From NCBI GenBank assembly GCA_965645245.1, contig OZ287072.1, positions 1,860,001 through 1,924,000 on the forward strand: a stretch of DNA of 64,000 nt. The letters are read 5' to 3'. Source of the DNA: Massalongia carnosa. Its lineage: Eukaryota. Made by a program: the position numbers and the translations under genes. This document shows positions 61,893-64,000 of the stretch, one piece after another. The notes beneath the pieces were generated by a model. The model had not been told where the DNA came from. It did not search any database and worked only from the letters and a program-made list of their open reading frames with translations. Position 1 is the first letter of the stretch. Each line of letters starts with the position of its first letter.

Positions 61893-64000
61893 GTCGGGGA
61901 AAGCAAACTTCGTAGGAAAGCGAAGCTTCGTAGGCTCGCAACGTTAAACCACCACCACATCACTAAAGCACCACCGCATCATTTAAATTACTATCACATT
62001 TAATATTACATTATTATATTATTATCACATCATAAATCATTGCTATCTATATCTACAATGGATTCTGTATCCTTACAAACACGTATTAGTGATGCTAAAA
62101 CATTCTTGTTGGAAAATCCTGACGAACGAACTGCATGCGCAGCTCAGATATTCAAAATTCGGCCTACAACGTTGTACAGCTCTATTGCGACTGATAAGAA
62201 ATCTTCTTCCAGTGCAAAAAGTGCAAGAGGTGGACAAAACAAGATACTTGAGGAGCATCAAGTAAAAGCGATTCATCACTTTATTCGATCCTTACTTGCA
62301 CAAGGTATTCAACCATCGCACGGAGTTGTATTCAATGCAATTGTCAGTTTAAAACGCGGGCAAAATCCTGAGTCGAGTGGACCTACTTTACGCTGGTTCA
62401 GAACATGGTGGAAAAAGAATAACCTACACAAGATCAAGACTAAGCCATTAGCAATGATACGATTCACCGCTGCACAAGAGAAGGATATACAAGCATGGTT
62501 TGTAGATTATAGACAAGCTTTAAAGACGTTACAGATCAAAACAAAGAAGAATATCGTCAATTTCGATGAGGCAGGCTTTCGTGTTGGGTGTATGAAAGGG
62601 CATCAAATTCTGGCACCCACAGACGTATTAGAAGTTAGATTCTATATTCTTATTCATTTATTCAGCAAGTTAAATATATATTTTAGTTCTATGCGATAAG
62701 TCCTGAAAATCGTAAATCTCTCACGATATTTGAATGCATCAATGCAGCGGGCGACTATCCTCCACCACCTTTAATTCTTATACAAGGACATGAAATCATG
62801 CTGGACTGGTTTTCAAAAGAGCTGCCAAAGGGAACTCGAATTATACCTTCAGAAAACGGATTTACCTCTGACAAGATAGCACAGGTGTTTCTTCAGCATT
62901 ATATTGATCATTCAGACTCTGGACCAGAAGCAGACTGGAAAATAATGCTCATGGATAATCATGGCAGTCATTGTACTCCTGAGTTCATAGCTCTTGCTAA
63001 TATAAATCACATTCGTCCTTATCCGCTTATACCGCATCTTACACACTGTATGCAGCCGCTTGATGTTGGAGTATTTCAACCTTATAAACACTGGCATGAT
63101 ATGGCAATTCAAGATGCTCTACTGGAATTCAATGTTGAGTATACATTACAGCGATTTCTTGCGGATCTTAGTAAGATACGTGATAATACTTTCAAGAAAT
63201 ATACTATTCGAAGTGCTTTTGAGAAATCAGGAATGTGGCCTGTTAATGCTAAAAACTGCATCTCATTGCTTAAAACTTTCAAGCCGCCTGATGCTCAAGA
63301 AAAGCTACATAATAAAGAAAAAGAGCCCACTCTTCCAATCTTGCCTCATATTCAGCCAACATCCTCAATGGATATTGAAATAGGACTTCAAACATGGCAG
63401 AAGAAAATTCAACAAGGAATGTTGTGGAGTGATCCGGCTCGCTCAGAGCAATTTGAGTCGTTTGTTAATGATACAAAAACCGTTTGTACACAAGCTACGT
63501 TTAATGATATTCAATTATCTATATATCAGAAAAGAAGAGAAGATGACTTAAAACAGAAATCTACCTCTCGTAAGCGATTACGAACCTTAGGTTCAGGATT
63601 AGGGCTTACTAAAGAGAATGCTGAGGAGATGATTGCAGCAAAGGAAAAACAAGCTAAAGAAACAGAAGCAAAGAAGCAGCATCAGACATGGATGAAGATT
63701 TGGCGTATGGAAAGAGACGCCAAATATGCCGAAGGAGTGATTGCTCGAAAGCAAGAAAGAAATCGTTTACGACAAATTAAAGAGCTTTCAAAACAAGATC
63801 TTGCTATTTCCTCCGAGCATCTTATTCCTATTCCCGATCCCGAAGCAATTTGGAAGGCAACAGATGTTACTTGGCAAGAAGAAGAGAGAAAGAAAGCGAA
63901 AAAGACTAAATCTCAAGTATATAATGAAGATGAAGATGAAGATGAGGCGGAGACAACATTCATCACAGATGTTACAGGTGATTCTTCTTTGCAAAGAGAT
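61893..64000 (+). mobile_element. Fot1/pogo-like transposon running off the window
   Basis: Repeated GAAAGC..CTTCGTAGG units after a TA at the presumed left end, an abrupt AT-rich shift, and a transposase gene. Confidence 0.8.
62058..64000 (+). CDS. Fot1/pogo transposase with one intron (62634-62686), 3' end beyond the window
   Basis: NFDEAGFRVG in exon 1. MDNHGSH and QPLDVGVFQP in exon 2, with no stop seen. Confidence 0.88.

Noticed and set aside
1..64000. CRISPR arrays, Fanzor/TnpB cargo, Starship captain, rRNA or tRNA genes
   Set aside because: No repeat-spacer array, RuvC motifs, tyrosine-recombinase ORF or RNA-gene signature was seen by eye. HMM and covariance-model searches would be needed to exclude them fully.

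Overview
Intron-containing genomic DNA from a filamentous ascomycete (Pezizomycotina-type genes, GT..CTAAC..AG introns). Housekeeping genes present are POL2 (3' part), an MRX7-like gene, a tyrosine phosphatase, RPS26, a CBS/PB1 protein, importin beta-3, CCT7, a VanZ-like protein, SPT7, an Fcr1-like Zn2Cys6 factor and BNA6, plus two orphan Cys-rich secreted proteins. A nested transposon block spans about 5.1-19.6 kb: a piggyBac-like element contains a Ty3/gypsy chromovirus, whose 5' LTR holds a second piggyBac-like copy and whose 3' LTR holds a Tc1/mariner element, followed by pogo/Fot1 relics. Separate Fot1/pogo elements sit at 22.5 kb and 61.9 kb, and a hAT element at 48.3 kb. The most unusual signal is the piggyBac-like family: both copies lie between CTAT and ATAG, and the uninterrupted sister LTR reads CTATATAG, which implies insertion with no target-site duplication instead of the canonical TTAA duplication. 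All calls were made by eye, so exon boundaries are approximate.
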